From assembly GCA_039189655.1 (NCBI GenBank), contig JBCCYN010000002.1, positions 8,572 through 72,571 on the forward strand: a DNA stretch of 64,000 nt, written 5' to 3'. The stretch is from Pseudomonadota bacterium. GTDB lineage: Bacteria; Pseudomonadota; Alphaproteobacteria; Rhizobiales; Amorphaceae. Shown here piece after piece: positions 8,875 through 19,323 of this stretch. Both the position numbers and the translations under genes were made by a program. How positions within the stretch are numbered: position 1 is the stretch's first letter; every line of letters starts with the position of its first letter. The notes under the pieces were generated by a model that did not search any database, was not told the origin of the DNA, and saw nothing but the letters and a program-made list of their open reading frames with translations.

Positions 8875-9933
8875 CTAACGTTTCGCGAAAACGAAGACTT
8901 TAGACACAAATACCGGCCAGGTCGCCACCAACTCTAGTCCAACACTTTCAAATAACTGAGTAAAGTCTGTCGTCAAGTAAGACCTGTAATACGGCTCATG
9001 AAACATTTGCGGGAATAGCTCAAGTAGCCCATCGAGCTCCGGCGTGTCTCCGGTTTGAAGGGAATCGACAACGATGACTTGACCACCACGCGCCAGAACC
9101 CGGGCAAATTCCGCCGCCACCTGCGGCCGAACCTTCGGCGGAAGTTCGTGGAACAAATAAATGTTGGTGATGAGGTCGAGGCTACCGTCGGCGAGGGGAA
9201 GGTTTTCGGCAGCGGCGACCATGGCGCTGTTGCCGGGTGCGTGGCCAAGCGCTTTGCGCGCACGGGCTACGTAGGGCTCAGAAAGATCGCTCGCGATGAC
9301 CGGAAGGCGCGGAAACGCCCTGCGCAAGTCGCGCAGGAAAGCACCCGATCCCGAGGCGACATCAAGGAGTTTTAGGCTTCGCTGATCGGTCTTTGCAGCC
9401 CGATCAGCGATTGGAAGAAGAGCTTGACGCCACATGGCGGCCGCCGCGCCCATGAAAAGGGTTTCTACCTGCGTCTCGTAGAGTTCCGCCGATTCGTCGC
9501 TGAGCCATCCGTCCGTCTGGAAGTGGAAATTTTGGGTGTAGTAACGGGGCCGGTTGGTGTCCGACCGGTCGATCTCCTGGTGCGACTGGGTGGCCCGGCG
9601 GCGCACCACCTCGGGAAGGTCTCGCAGGTAAAGGGCCCGGCGCCGCAGGAGGCCGGCAAAGCCGCCGGTCTCGTCGCGGGGCATGGGGTAAAGACCTTCC
9701 TCCACGTTCTGGAGATCGCGCAGCATCAGGGCTCGGACGTGACGCAGCAGGACCGGTCGGGGCGGTACGCCCGCCGGGGCATCGATCTTCGGCGGCGGAC
9801 GCTTGGGAAGCGACTTGCCCACACGGGCTGCAAGGCGGATCCCTGCATAGCTCTGCGTGGTGTACCAACCAATGCGCGCGGCTTGGGACACGCCAAAGCG
9901 GGTGCGCAGAGCGAAGCGTTCAACGGGCGTCAT
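8875..9933 (-). CDS. class I SAM-dependent methyltransferase
   Basis: YYTQNFHFQTDGWLS, LLDVASGSG, YLFHELP, FHEPYY. Confidence 0.85.
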   Translation of the reverse strand: MTPVERFALRTRFGVSQAARIGWYTTQSYAGIRLAARVGKSLPKRPPPKIDAPAGVPPRPVLLRHVRALMLRDLQNVEEGLYPMPRDETGGFAGLLRRRALYLRDLPEVVRRRATQSHQEIDRSDTNRPRYYTQNFHFQTDGWLSDESAELYETQVETLFMGAAAAMWRQALLPIADRAAKTDQRSLKLLDVASGSGAFLRDLRRAFPRLPVIASDLSEPYVARARKALGHAPGNSAMVAAAENLPLADGSLDLITNIYLFHELPPKVRPQVAAEFARVLARGGQVIVVDSLQTGDTPELDGLLELFPQMFHEPYYRSYLTTDFTQLFESVGLELVATWPVFVSKVFVFAKR

Positions 9934-10113
9934 TCATTCCTCCGGTGCGCCGCGGGTGGCCCCATATGGATCGAACCGGCCAGCTGATCGACCGGCTGAC
10001 CGTATGTGATTTTGTAGCCGGTTTCGCCTGAACGCACCGCGACACCGCCGCGCGGGTCCTATCGAATGCCAATCAACGGAGCGAGCCTTTCATTCCACCT
10101 GAGCAGATTCCAG

Positions 10114-10884
10114 TCAGTCCGGAACATCTCCAGCGTCGCGCGGCCGACGGGGGGGAGGGCGCGCGGCAGCCAAAAGCCATTCCCGGTTTCCGTCCGCACC
10201 GGAAATGGGTGACGGTGTGCGGCCAATCTCCGCCCAACCTTCAGCGAGGATCAACCCGGCAACGCCGTCGACGGAAGCGAGGATCGCCTTTTCATTTCGG
10301 ACGATACCGCCTTTTCCTATCGCCGCGCGGCCCACCTCGAATTGCGGTTTTACCAATGCCACGAGTTGGCACTGCTCGGATGCGCAGGAAAGGACCGCCG
10401 GTAAAACGATCCGCAAAGAAATGAAACTGACATCCACCACCACCAGGTCAGGGGCAATGGGCAACATTTCTGGCCTAAGATCGCGCGCATTGACGCCATC
10501 CATGACGACAACCCGGTGATCTGCGGCGAGATGGCCGGCGAGTTGCCCCGTGCCGACGTCTAGGGCGACGATCTGCGCAGCGCCCCGGCGCAGCAAGACA
10601 TCGGTAAAACCGCCCGTCGAGGCGCCCACGTCGAGGGCGTGAGCTCCCGCCGGGTCGATGCCGAAGGTGTTCAGTGCGTCGATCAGCTTATGGGCGCCGC
10701 GCCCCACGTAGGGTTCGGTGCCCGCGGCCAAGTCGGTTCGTATTTCTGTGGTGTTGGAGACGGTCTGGCCGGCGCGTTTTGCGGTCACCCCATCGACCGT
10801 CACGGCCCCGCGCAAGATTGCTTCCCTTGCCTGGCTCCGGGTCCGCGACAAGCCGCGGGCGACCATCATCTGGTCGAGACGCAA
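10114..10884 (-). CDS. tlyA: TlyA-family S4-domain rRNA methyltransferase
   Basis: MRLD..MV.RGL..TR..A, LDVGASTGGFTD, DVSFISL, LVKPQFEVG, GADGNRE. Confidence 0.92.
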   Translation of the reverse strand: MRLDQMMVARGLSRTRSQAREAILRGAVTVDGVTAKRAGQTVSNTTEIRTDLAAGTEPYVGRGAHKLIDALNTFGIDPAGAHALDVGASTGGFTDVLLRRGAAQIVALDVGTGQLAGHLAADHRVVVMDGVNARDLRPEMLPIAPDLVVVDVSFISLRIVLPAVLSCASEQCQLVALVKPQFEVGRAAIGKGGIVRNEKAILASVDGVAGLILAEGWAEIGRTPSPISGADGNREWLLAAARPPPRRPRDAGDVPD

Positions 10885-11016
10885 GGTCCTAGCCGCAGAT
10901 CATCAAGCCGAATTGGGTGATTGCGGTGAAGACGGCCGGGCCCGCCTGCCACCACATGACCGCCCCTAGGGCGAGCAGGAACGCCCCAGCGCCCACCCCT
11001 ATGGAAACGCTGGCGT

Positions 11017-11697
11017 TCAAGAGTTCACCAGGGCGCGAAGGGTTTCCACAGTGCGCTCGGTCGCTTCTGCGCTCACCGGTTCGTTAAGCCGAATATTGGG
11101 CTGCATATAGGGAATGAAACCGGAAAACTCGCCGTCTGCATCGAACAGGAGCGTATCGGCAGTGTGGTTCACTGTATAGTCGCCTTCGCGCAGCGGCACT
11201 TTTTCAAAGTAAACGCGATAGCGCTCCGCCACATCGGCAACGGCTTCCTGGGAACTGGCGGTGAGACCGATGATGCGGTCATCGAACGCTGAAACGTACT
11301 GACCCAGGACTTCGGGCGTGTCGCGCTCCGGATCAACGCTCACGAAAACAAACTGCATCTTGTCCGCGTCCTCGCCCAGAGCGTCGAGCCAACCCGAGGC
11401 GTCAAGGAGCGAAGTGGGGCACACGTCCGGGCAGTGGGTGAACCCGAAAAAGATCGCAAGGGGCTTGCCACGAAAGTCCTTCTCGGTGACCGCGTCGCCA
11501 TCTGTGCCGATGAGGGTGAAGGGGCCTCCCGCGTCTTCGTATCGGGATCGGGCAAAGGCGGAGGCCAGCCCGGCGGCGCCGGTTCCGGCACCGGCCTGAT
11601 TGTCCTGCGCAATGAAAGTCTGGCCAACGTAAATCCCCGCCACAGCGGCGCCCATAACGATGACGAGCATCCAAAGGACAAGCCGTACCGTTTTCAT
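11017..11697 (-). CDS. SCO1/SenC copper chaperone
   Basis: N-terminal TM helix, FGFTHCPDVCPT, VSVDPERDT, YTVNHT. Confidence 0.92.
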   Translation of the reverse strand: MKTVRLVLWMLVIVMGAAVAGIYVGQTFIAQDNQAGAGTGAAGLASAFARSRYEDAGGPFTLIGTDGDAVTEKDFRGKPLAIFFGFTHCPDVCPTSLLDASGWLDALGEDADKMQFVFVSVDPERDTPEVLGQYVSAFDDRIIGLTASSQEAVADVAERYRVYFEKVPLREGDYTVNHTADTLLFDADGEFSGFIPYMQPNIRLNEPVSAEATERTVETLRALVNS

Positions 11698-13037
11698 CGG
11701 GGAGGTGCCTCCGTACCCACTGCACTTGCTTCCTTATCTGCCTCGGGGGGCTCGTTTGAAAGGTCCTCGACGTTCACGTTTTCATCCTCGGGCGCCAGAA
11801 TCTCCACATCCGGCGCCGCTGAGCCCACCGGCGCGGTGGTGTAAAGGTCGAAATCGTTACGCTGGGCTTCCTCGGGGCGGCTGCGGCGGGTGAGGCGTAG
11901 CGCGATGAAGAGGGCAAGAAACGCCGACGAAACCGCCACCACCAAGAAGAGCCCGCCGACCCCGAAAATTTGCATGGCTACTGCCGAAACGATCGGTCCG
12001 ATGGTGGAGCCGACGCCGAACAACAGGTTCATGCCGGCGCTCGTTTCCACCATGTCCTCGTACTCGGTCCAATCGTAGGCGTGGGCGGCGGCGAGGGAAT
12101 AGCTCGGCAGCATCACGAGGCCCAGCAAAAGGCCGAGCAAAAGTATCAGGGTTGGCGACAATATGCCGCCAAGACTGAGGAAAACGCCCAGTGCGGCGGA
12201 GGCGATGGCGGCGGCAAGCAGGACGAGCCTGCGATCCACAAAATCGGACGTGCGACCGAAGGGGTACTGGCCGAGCGCGCCGCCCAGCACCAGCGCCGAG
12301 GCGAACACGGCAGCTTCATTCTTGGAAAAGCCGCTCCCCACCGCGTAGACCGCGCTCAAGGAGAAGACGGATCCAGTCATGATCCCGGACGCAAGCGCGC
12401 CGACGAACGCCGCCGGTGCCAGGCGCCAAAGGTGACCCGGTCTGAATTGAACTTTTGGGATCGGCGCCGGCTGGGCCGCTTTGGTGAGCGCCACGGGGAC
12501 CGCTGCGACGGAAAGCAGGATCGAGCAGAGGGAAAACAGGCTGAAGCCGGAAAGCGGCTGAGTGGTGACGCCGAGCTGGCCAATGGTGATGGCGCCATAG
12601 CTGATGACCACGTAGGTGCTCATGACGGCGCCGCGCGTGTGCATGGTGGATTTCTCGTTGAGCCAGCTTTCGATGACCACGAGGACACCCGAGACGCACG
12701 CGCCGATCATAAAGCGGAAAACGGCCCACTGGACTTCGCCGATGAGGAGCGGGAAGGCGAGGGCAGCCGCTGAGACGCAGGACACCATGGCGGCAAAGGC
12801 GCGGATGTGCCCTGCGCGCTGAATGAGGTAGGGGACGAAAAGGCAGCCCGCCACGAAGCCGGCATAGTAGGTGGCACCGAGGATGCCGATGGTGAGTTGG
12901 CTAAACCCTTCCGCATCCGCCCGCAGGGGCACGAGCGTCATCTGAAGGCCGTGGCCCAAGTAGAGAAGCGCTGAGCCCAGAAGGAGCGCCGTCACGGGCA
13001 TCAGTGCCGCTCGAAGCGATGCTCGTTGCTCAGTCAT
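11694..13037 (-). CDS. MFS transporter (YcaD-like)
   Basis: About 12 hydrophobic segments; GHIRAF, VVIESWLNE, GRTSDFVDRR. Confidence 0.88.
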   Translation of the reverse strand: MTEQRASLRAALMPVTALLLGSALLYLGHGLQMTLVPLRADAEGFSQLTIGILGATYYAGFVAGCLFVPYLIQRAGHIRAFAAMVSCVSAAALAFPLLIGEVQWAVFRFMIGACVSGVLVVIESWLNEKSTMHTRGAVMSTYVVISYGAITIGQLGVTTQPLSGFSLFSLCSILLSVAAVPVALTKAAQPAPIPKVQFRPGHLWRLAPAAFVGALASGIMTGSVFSLSAVYAVGSGFSKNEAAVFASALVLGGALGQYPFGRTSDFVDRRLVLLAAAIASAALGVFLSLGGILSPTLILLLGLLLGLVMLPSYSLAAAHAYDWTEYEDMVETSAGMNLLFGVGSTIGPIVSAVAMQIFGVGGLFLVVAVSSAFLALFIALRLTRRSRPEEAQRNDFDLYTTAPVGSAAPDVEILAPEDENVNVEDLSNEPPEADKEASAVGTEAPPR

Positions 13038-13357
13038 GGGCGTGGCTCAATGGTGTGTGCTTGCCCGCGATATGCGTCCCAAGGCCGTCTGTCGAGCCCG
13101 GTTTTTCACGGTGCGTTTTCAAGGTCTCCAGCGGCGACCAACCCCAGCCAGCTTCGCGCTCCGGCGGGGGGACACAGCGCACCCATGGGGCGAATTTGGG
13201 CACTCTATCGAAAAAGACGTCCAAAACCTGTGTTTTCCGTCGGAAAACTGGAAGAGCCGGCTCCGGGCGCAGTGCGGCAGCAGGCCTAGCCTGCTAGATC
13301 CACCGATGTTTTCTATTGGCGCTGTCTTGGGTGCGGTAGCTATCGAAAGGAGGGGGG

Positions 13358-14419
13358 ATGGACGGAATTCTGCCGCGCCAGGCCATAAAGCGCCTCGCGC
13401 AGGACGGCGCGATCATCTCCGCTTCCCCCATCGAAGCCGATCAGCTCCAGCCGGCGAGCCTTGATCTGCGGCTCGGAAAAGTAGCCCACCGCATCCGCGC
13501 TAGTTTTCTTCCCGCCGCCGGGGAAAATATCGCCGAGAAGGTGGCGAGCGTGACGCTTCACACGATCGACCTGTCTGCTGGCGCGGTGCTGGAAACCGGC
13601 TGCGTGTACCTGGTGCCGCTTCAGGAAAGCGTCCAGCTGCCCGCCGATCTTTCCGCCTCCACGAACCCAAAAAGCTCCACCGGCCGGCTTGACGTCTTCA
13701 CCAGGGTCATTGCCGATGGCGTCGGCGGTTTCGATACGTTGCCGGCAGGCTATGGCGGTGCCCTTGCGCTGGAAATCAGCCCGCGCACGTTCCCCGTGCT
13801 TGTGCGGGAAGGGTCACGGCTCAGTCAGATCAGGTTCCGCCGCGGCGACGCGCGCCTGAGCGACGCGGACCTAGCCGAACTCCACCGCGATCATCCCATT
13901 GCCGCACCAGACGCCCGCATCAACGATGGTCTCAACGTCACCATCGACCTCAGCCCGGGCGCGGGCCACGTGGGCTACCGCGCCAAGCGTCACACCGCCC
14001 TCATCGACCTTGATCGTCGGGACGCCCTCGCAATGGCCGACTTTTGGGACCCAATCACCGCCAGCGACGGCAAGGTCATTCTCGACCCCGATGAGTTCTA
14101 CATTCTCATGAGCCGCGAAGCCGTCTCCATTCCGCCCATGTATGCGGCCGAAATGGTGCCGTTCGACCCGCTCGTGGGTGAGTTCCGCGTACACTACGCG
14201 GGCTTTTTTGACCCGGGCTTCGGCCACGGCGTGCCGTCCAGGGCCGTGCTCGAAGTGCGTTCCCGAGAAGTGCCGTTCATACTTGAGCACGGTCAGGTTG
14301 TGGCTCGCCTAGCTTATGAACTTATGGCTGAAAAGCCCGAAACCCTTTATGGTGCCGGCCTCAATTCCAACTACCAGGCCCAGGGGTTGAAGTTGTCGAA
14401 ACACTTCAGAGCCGCCTGA
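13358..14419 (+). CDS. dcd: dCTP deaminase (long alphaproteobacterial form)
   Basis: QLQPASLDLRLG, NPKSSTGRLDVFTR, HYAGFFDPGFG, SNYQ.QGLKLSKHF. Confidence 0.92.
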   Translation: MDGILPRQAIKRLAQDGAIISASPIEADQLQPASLDLRLGKVAHRIRASFLPAAGENIAEKVASVTLHTIDLSAGAVLETGCVYLVPLQESVQLPADLSASTNPKSSTGRLDVFTRVIADGVGGFDTLPAGYGGALALEISPRTFPVLVREGSRLSQIRFRRGDARLSDADLAELHRDHPIAAPDARINDGLNVTIDLSPGAGHVGYRAKRHTALIDLDRRDALAMADFWDPITASDGKVILDPDEFYILMSREAVSIPPMYAAEMVPFDPLVGEFRVHYAGFFDPGFGHGVPSRAVLEVRSREVPFILEHGQVVARLAYELMAEKPETLYGAGLNSNYQAQGLKLSKHFRAA

Positions 14420-16290
14420 TGGGCGAACAGCCCGATCTCCTCGCGGCTGCGCCCGGTGGCGACGGCCGTGGCGCCCAAGATATTTTGCGCGATGTGTTCG
14501 GGTTCTCGCACTTCCGCCCTGGGCAGGAAGAGATTGTCGATGCGGTGATCGCGGGCAAGGAAGTGCTCGGGGTGATGCCGACGGGTGGCGGCAAGTCGCT
14601 GTGCTACCAGCTCCCAGCGCTCATGCGACCGGGGCTCACCATCGTGGTCTCGCCGCTCATAGCGCTGATGCGCGACCAGGTGAGCGCCCTTAATGCCATC
14701 GGCGTTGCGGCGGCGGCGCTCAACTCGGCCAACGACAGCGGTGCCAATCGGAGAGCATTGGCGCGCGCCCTGAATGGCGATCTTAAGCTTCTTTACATTT
14801 CACCGGAGCGGCTATCGCTAGTGGAAACCATCGAGGCACTCAGCGAGGCGCCGGTGGCCATGCTCGCCGTGGACGAGGCCCACTGCGTTTCCCAGTGGGG
14901 CCACGACTTTCGCCCCGAGTACCGGCTCCTTGGTGAGGTGCGGCGGGACCTTGGCATCCGCCAAACGGTCGCCTTCACCGCCACCGCCGATGAAATCACC
15001 CGCAAAGACATCGCCGAACGGCTGTTTTCGGCGGAGCCGAGCGTCTTTATCCGCTCTTTCGACCGTCCGAACATCTCCCTCGCCATGACCGCGCGCCAGG
15101 ATGGCCGCTCCCAGCTCACCCAGTTCTTAACGGCGCACAGCGGACAGTCAGGGATCGTCTACTGCCAGTCCCGGCGGCGGGTGGACGAGACTGCCGCCTT
15201 CCTCGCCGCCCACGGCCACAACGCGGTGCCCTATCACGCGGGCCTGGAGCGGGACGAGCGGGACCACAACCAGGATGCGTTCCTGCGCCGCGATGGGGTC
15301 ATCGTCGTGGCAACCATCGCCTTCGGCATGGGTGTCGACAAGCCGGACGTACGCTTCGTCTTCCACATGGATCTGCCTAAAAACATTGAGAGCTACTACC
15401 AGGAGATCGGTCGGGCAGGGCGTGACGGACTGCCAGCCACGTCCCACGCCCTTTATGGTTTCGGCGAAATCCGGCAGTTCCGCCAATGGATCGAGGGGGC
15501 CGACACGTCGCCCGAGCAAAAGGCCATCGAGCACGCCAAGGTGAACGCGCTGGTGGCGCTTTGCGAAGCGCCCCGCTGCCGCCGCGTGGTGCTCCTGGAT
15601 TATTTCGGAGAAGCGTCCGAGCCCTGCGGCAACTGCGACCTTTGTGCCGGCAAGGTGGAAACTTTTGACGCCACGGTGCTCGCCCAAAAGGCGCTCTCGG
15701 CGGTGGTGCGCACCCGCGAGCGGTTCGGCGTCGAGCACCTCATCAACGTCTTGCGCGGCGAAGCGTCCGACAAGGTGGTTCAGCACCAGCACGACAAACT
15801 CCCCACCTTCGGTGTCGGCAAGGATCAGTCGAAGCGCTCATGGCGCTCGATATTCCGCCAACTGGGCACGAGCGGATACGCCGGTGCTGACAGTGAGCGG
15901 TTTGGTGGATGGCGCATCACCGAAACCGGCTGGCAGGTGCTGCGCGGGGGCGAAAAGGTGCTCCTGCGAAAGGACGCTTTGTCGCTAAAGGACAAGGCAT
16001 CAAAGGCGGCTCCTTCGGCCCTTCCGACCGACTATGACAAAGCGCTGCTCGACGCCCTCAAGTCGTTGCGCAGGAAGCTTGCCGACGAGCGGGACGTGCC
16101 AGCGTACGTGATATTTTCGGACCGCTCACTCATGGAGATGGCGGCAAAGGTCCCTGAAACCATCGACGAGATGCGGGGCATTCACGGTATCGGTGAGCGC
16201 AAGTTGCGCGATCTCGCCCCGGCCTTCTTGGAGGTGACCCGCGCTCACCACGGCAGCGACTCGCCCGCCGACGGAGCCACCGACCGGTAG
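14419..16290 (+). CDS. recQ: ATP-dependent DNA helicase RecQ
   Basis: MPTGGGKSLCYQ, DEAHCVSQWGHDFRPEY, YYQEIGRAGRDG, RQC and HRDC domains. Confidence 0.97.
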   Translation: MGEQPDLLAAAPGGDGRGAQDILRDVFGFSHFRPGQEEIVDAVIAGKEVLGVMPTGGGKSLCYQLPALMRPGLTIVVSPLIALMRDQVSALNAIGVAAAALNSANDSGANRRALARALNGDLKLLYISPERLSLVETIEALSEAPVAMLAVDEAHCVSQWGHDFRPEYRLLGEVRRDLGIRQTVAFTATADEITRKDIAERLFSAEPSVFIRSFDRPNISLAMTARQDGRSQLTQFLTAHSGQSGIVYCQSRRRVDETAAFLAAHGHNAVPYHAGLERDERDHNQDAFLRRDGVIVVATIAFGMGVDKPDVRFVFHMDLPKNIESYYQEIGRAGRDGLPATSHALYGFGEIRQFRQWIEGADTSPEQKAIEHAKVNALVALCEAPRCRRVVLLDYFGEASEPCGNCDLCAGKVETFDATVLAQKALSAVVRTRERFGVEHLINVLRGEASDKVVQHQHDKLPTFGVGKDQSKRSWRSIFRQLGTSGYAGADSERFGGWRITETGWQVLRGGEKVLLRKDALSLKDKASKAAPSALPTDYDKALLDALKSLRRKLADERDVPAYVIFSDRSLMEMAAKVPETIDEMRGIHGIGERKLRDLAPAFLEVTRAHHGSDSPADGATDR

Positions 16291-16510
16291 CAACGAGCCC
16301 GCAACACGCCCAAAATCTTAGATCCACGTGGGTCGACCGGGCGACGCGTTACCGCTACCAATAAAGGGTGAGAAAACGTTGCAAGATCCGCAATTTCGAC
16401 GACGAGCTGGGGGGCGGCGCGCGGCGCATCGGTCCTGCTGACGCATTGTTTGTCTCTGATCGTCTGATTATACGTTTGAAGCGGTCCAAACGGCGGAGCG
16501 AACGAGCCTG

Positions 16511-17770
16511 ATGAACGCGCCTGTGCGCATCACGAGCGGACCCTCCCGGCGCCGCCGATCCACACCCGTCAATGTGGGCGGCGTAACCATGGGCGGGGAT
16601 GCGCCCATCGTCGTCCAGTCCATGACCAACACCGATACCGCGGACGTGGGTGCCACGGTCTCCCAAGTCGCTCAGCTTGCTGCTGCAGGCTCGGAAGTGG
16701 TCCGCATTACGGTGGATCGGGACGAATCGGCAGCCGCAGTTCCCAAAGTACGCGACGGTCTTGCCGCCCTCGGTGTCAACGTCCCGCTCGTGGGCGACTT
16801 TCACTATATCGGCCACAAGCTCCTCGCCAATCACCCGGCTTGTGCTGAGGCGCTGTCCAAGTATCGCATCAACCCCGGCAATGTGGGTTTTAAGGCCAAG
16901 CGCGACAGCCAGTTCGCCGCCATCATCGAAATGGCCGCACGCTACGATAAACCCGTGCGTATCGGCGTGAATTGGGGTTCCCTCGACCAAGAGCTTCTGA
17001 CGAGCCTGATGGACGAGAATTCGCGCTCCGAGACGCCCATCTCGGCCTCTGCGGTGTTGCGTGAGGCGATGGTCGTCTCGGGCATTTCGTCGGCGAACCG
17101 CGCCGTGGAGCTAGGACTTCCCGCTGATAAGATTCTGATTTCGGCAAAGGTCAGCGACGTCCAGGAGCTCATCGCCGTCTACCGTGACCTCGCCGCCCGC
17201 TGCTCTTACGCGCTGCACCTGGGCCTCACCGAGGCGGGGATGGGATCAAAGGGCATCGTCGCGTCGTCCGCCGCCCTTGGCATCCTCCTGCAGGAGGGGA
17301 TCGGCGACACAATCCGCATCTCCCTCACCCCAGAACCCGGCGGTGACCGGACGCTGGAGGTGAAGGTCGCCCAAGAGCTTTTGCAGACCATGGGTTTTCG
17401 AGCCTTCCTCCCGGTGGTCTCGGCGTGCCCCGGGTGTGGGCGCACCACATCGACAGTATTCCAGGAACTTGCCAAGGAAATCCAAGGCTTTATCGGCGAG
17501 CAGATGCCCATCTGGAAAGCCGACTATCCGGGCGTCGAGCGCATGAAAGTGGCCGTGATGGGCTGCATCGTGAACGGGCCTGGTGAGAGCAAGCACGCGG
17601 ACATCGGCATTTCCCTTCCGGGCACCGGTGAGCAGCCCTCCGCGCCGGTTTTCATCGACGGCGAGAAAGCCATGACGTTGCGCGGGCCATCCATTGCCAA
17701 CGAATTCAAGGCGGTGGTGGAGGACTATGTGATGAAACGGTTCGGCGCTAACGAAGCAGCGGCCGAGTAA
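16511..17770 (+). CDS. ispG: HMBPP synthase (flavodoxin-dependent)
   Basis: [41 protein letters not shown]. Confidence 0.97.
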   Translation: MNAPVRITSGPSRRRRSTPVNVGGVTMGGDAPIVVQSMTNTDTADVGATVSQVAQLAAAGSEVVRITVDRDESAAAVPKVRDGLAALGVNVPLVGDFHYIGHKLLANHPACAEALSKYRINPGNVGFKAKRDSQFAAIIEMAARYDKPVRIGVNWGSLDQELLTSLMDENSRSETPISASAVLREAMVVSGISSANRAVELGLPADKILISAKVSDVQELIAVYRDLAARCSYALHLGLTEAGMGSKGIVASSAALGILLQEGIGDTIRISLTPEPGGDRTLEVKVAQELLQTMGFRAFLPVVSACPGCGRTTSTVFQELAKEIQGFIGEQMPIWKADYPGVERMKVAVMGCIVNGPGESKHADIGISLPGTGEQPSAPVFIDGEKAMTLRGPSIANEFKAVVEDYVMKRFGANEAAAE

Positions 17771-17774
17771 AACG

Positions 17775-18305
17775 ATGCGCCTTGCTCTGGCAGCCGCTGC
17801 GATGGCGCTCACCACGGTAAGCGGCCAGGCGCAGCTTGAACCCATCGATCCCAGTTGCGCGCCGCTGGTGGGAACGTTCCTCACCACAAAGTCCGAAGAC
17901 GCCAATGCGGAAAATGGCCAGCCTGGCCGTAGTCTGATCGCACTGACCATTGGCGGCCAAGCATTTATGTCGGACAGCGCCCAAGGCGGCGGCGGGCCTT
18001 TTCAAGGGTTCACCACGGCAAGGGGCGCGTGGATTTGTTCCGGCGACGAGGACGGCCAGCTCGCCTTCCGCGCGGTGATGGTCGATTTTACGTTCCCTGC
18101 AGAAAAATTACCGGTGGCTATGGTGGTGCGCGTGGAAACGGTTGGCACCGTCGACCCGGAAACCCTGCTCATTGAAGGAGGGACCACCGTCAGCTTCTTC
18201 CCCCTCGCTGGTAATCCGTTGGGTGATGACGAGCCCGAATCCTCGCTCAAATATACTTTCAGCGGCCAAAAGGTGGTGGTGGGTAAGGCTTTGCAGCAGA
18301 ACTAG
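17775..18305 (+). CDS. exported hypothetical protein
   Basis: Signal peptide [19 protein letters not shown]; beta-rich mature part with two Cys; starts 4 nt after ispG. Confidence 0.65.
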   Translation: MRLALAAAAMALTTVSGQAQLEPIDPSCAPLVGTFLTTKSEDANAENGQPGRSLIALTIGGQAFMSDSAQGGGGPFQGFTTARGAWICSGDEDGQLAFRAVMVDFTFPAEKLPVAMVVRVETVGTVDPETLLIEGGTTVSFFPLAGNPLGDDEPESSLKYTFSGQKVVVGKALQQN

Positions 18306-18315
18306 GAGATCAGCG

Positions 18316-18594
18316 ATGGCACTGCCCGATCCCCAGACCCTCGCCCAAGCGTTGCCCCAGTGGACCCTTTCGGGCGACCAAAAATCCATTGAACGCTCGC
18401 TAAAATTTGCCGACTTCGGCAGCGCCTTCGCGTTCATGACAAGGGTCGCCATCGCGGCGGAAAAGATGGACCATCACCCCGAGTGGTCCAACGTCTACAA
18501 CAGAGTGAGCGTGCGCCTCACCACCCATGACGCAGGTGGTCTCACCGAAAAGGATGCGGCGCTTGCCAAGCTCATCGATGATGCAGCAGGTTGA
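18316..18594 (+). CDS. phhB: pterin-4-alpha-carbinolamine dehydratase
   Basis: [26 protein letters not shown]...[12 protein letters not shown]; AGGAG RBS before ATG 18316. Confidence 0.92.
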   Translation: MALPDPQTLAQALPQWTLSGDQKSIERSLKFADFGSAFAFMTRVAIAAEKMDHHPEWSNVYNRVSVRLTTHDAGGLTEKDAALAKLIDDAAG

Positions 18595-18598
18595 GGCA

Positions 18599-18985
18599 AT
18601 GGCCGCAAAAACCAACGCCACATCTGCCCTTGATGGTGAGATCCTGCCGCCGGAACCATCGCCGGAACAGATCCGCAGCGACGAGCGGCAGGTTCGAAAG
18701 CGTTTCTGGAAGACGCTGAAACGGGCGGCCGGCCAAATTCCGTTCACCCACGACCTGGTGGCGGCTTACTACTGCGCCATCGATCCCGCCGTGCCCATCA
18801 GGGTGCGCGCCGTACTCTTCGGCGCGCTCGCCTATTTTGTTGCGCCCATCGACGCGTTACCGGACGTTCTTATCGGTATCGGGTTTACCGATGACGCCGC
18901 CGTGCTGATGGCCGCCATGACCATGGTCGCCGCCCATATCACGCCCGAACATCGAGATCGTGCGCGTCAAGCCTTGGAAAAATAG
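18599..18985 (+). CDS. YkvA/DUF1232 family membrane protein
   Basis: AAYYCAIDP..P, ALAYFVAPIDALPD...IGFTDDAAV. Confidence 0.85.
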   Translation: MAAKTNATSALDGEILPPEPSPEQIRSDERQVRKRFWKTLKRAAGQIPFTHDLVAAYYCAIDPAVPIRVRAVLFGALAYFVAPIDALPDVLIGIGFTDDAAVLMAAMTMVAAHITPEHRDRARQALEK

Positions 18986-18986
18986 C

Positions 18987-19229
18987 TCAAAAAAGGCCAT
19001 CATTCACTCTCGGTACTTCGCGGTTGCGCGGTACGTCCCACATGGTGCGAGACGCTTCTAAGGCCGCATCATCGGCGGTAAGCCCAATATCCGAGAGCAT
19101 GCGTCGATCGAGCGTGGCGAGGGTTCGCCGCTCCGACCAAAGGGTGAGCCATAGCCCTATCCGCCGCATGACGAAGCGCCACCGTGGTTCCGCTTCGCGC
19201 ACGTCGTTCCGTCTCAGTACAATATCCAT
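18987..19229 (-). CDS. DUF1127 (YjiS-like) small protein
   Basis: W.ERRTLATLDRRMLSDIGLT..D; GGAGG RBS before ATG 19229. Confidence 0.85.
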   Translation of the reverse strand: MDIVLRRNDVREAEPRWRFVMRRIGLWLTLWSERRTLATLDRRMLSDIGLTADDAALEASRTMWDVPRNREVPRVNDGLF

Positions 19230-19307
19230 GACTGCCTCCGTGCCTAATGGACGGTTGATGTGCGGCCTCAAGATCGATAAGTGAAACGAAACGTTTTCAT
19301 GCCTCCC

Positions 19308-19322
19308 ATCACGGAGATTGAT
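19308..19322. promoter_or_regulatory. LysR-type T-N11-A box (ATCA-N7-TGAT)
   Basis: ATCACGGAGATTGAT in the DUF1127/LysR divergent region, overlapping the LysR RBS. Confidence 0.5.
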
Positions 19323-19323
19323 C

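Noticed and set aside
4013-19317. Shared 11-mer CATCACGGAGA in the T6SS promoter and the LysR promoter
   Set aside because: Many 11-mer matches are expected by chance in 64 kb, and the flanking palindrome halves differ
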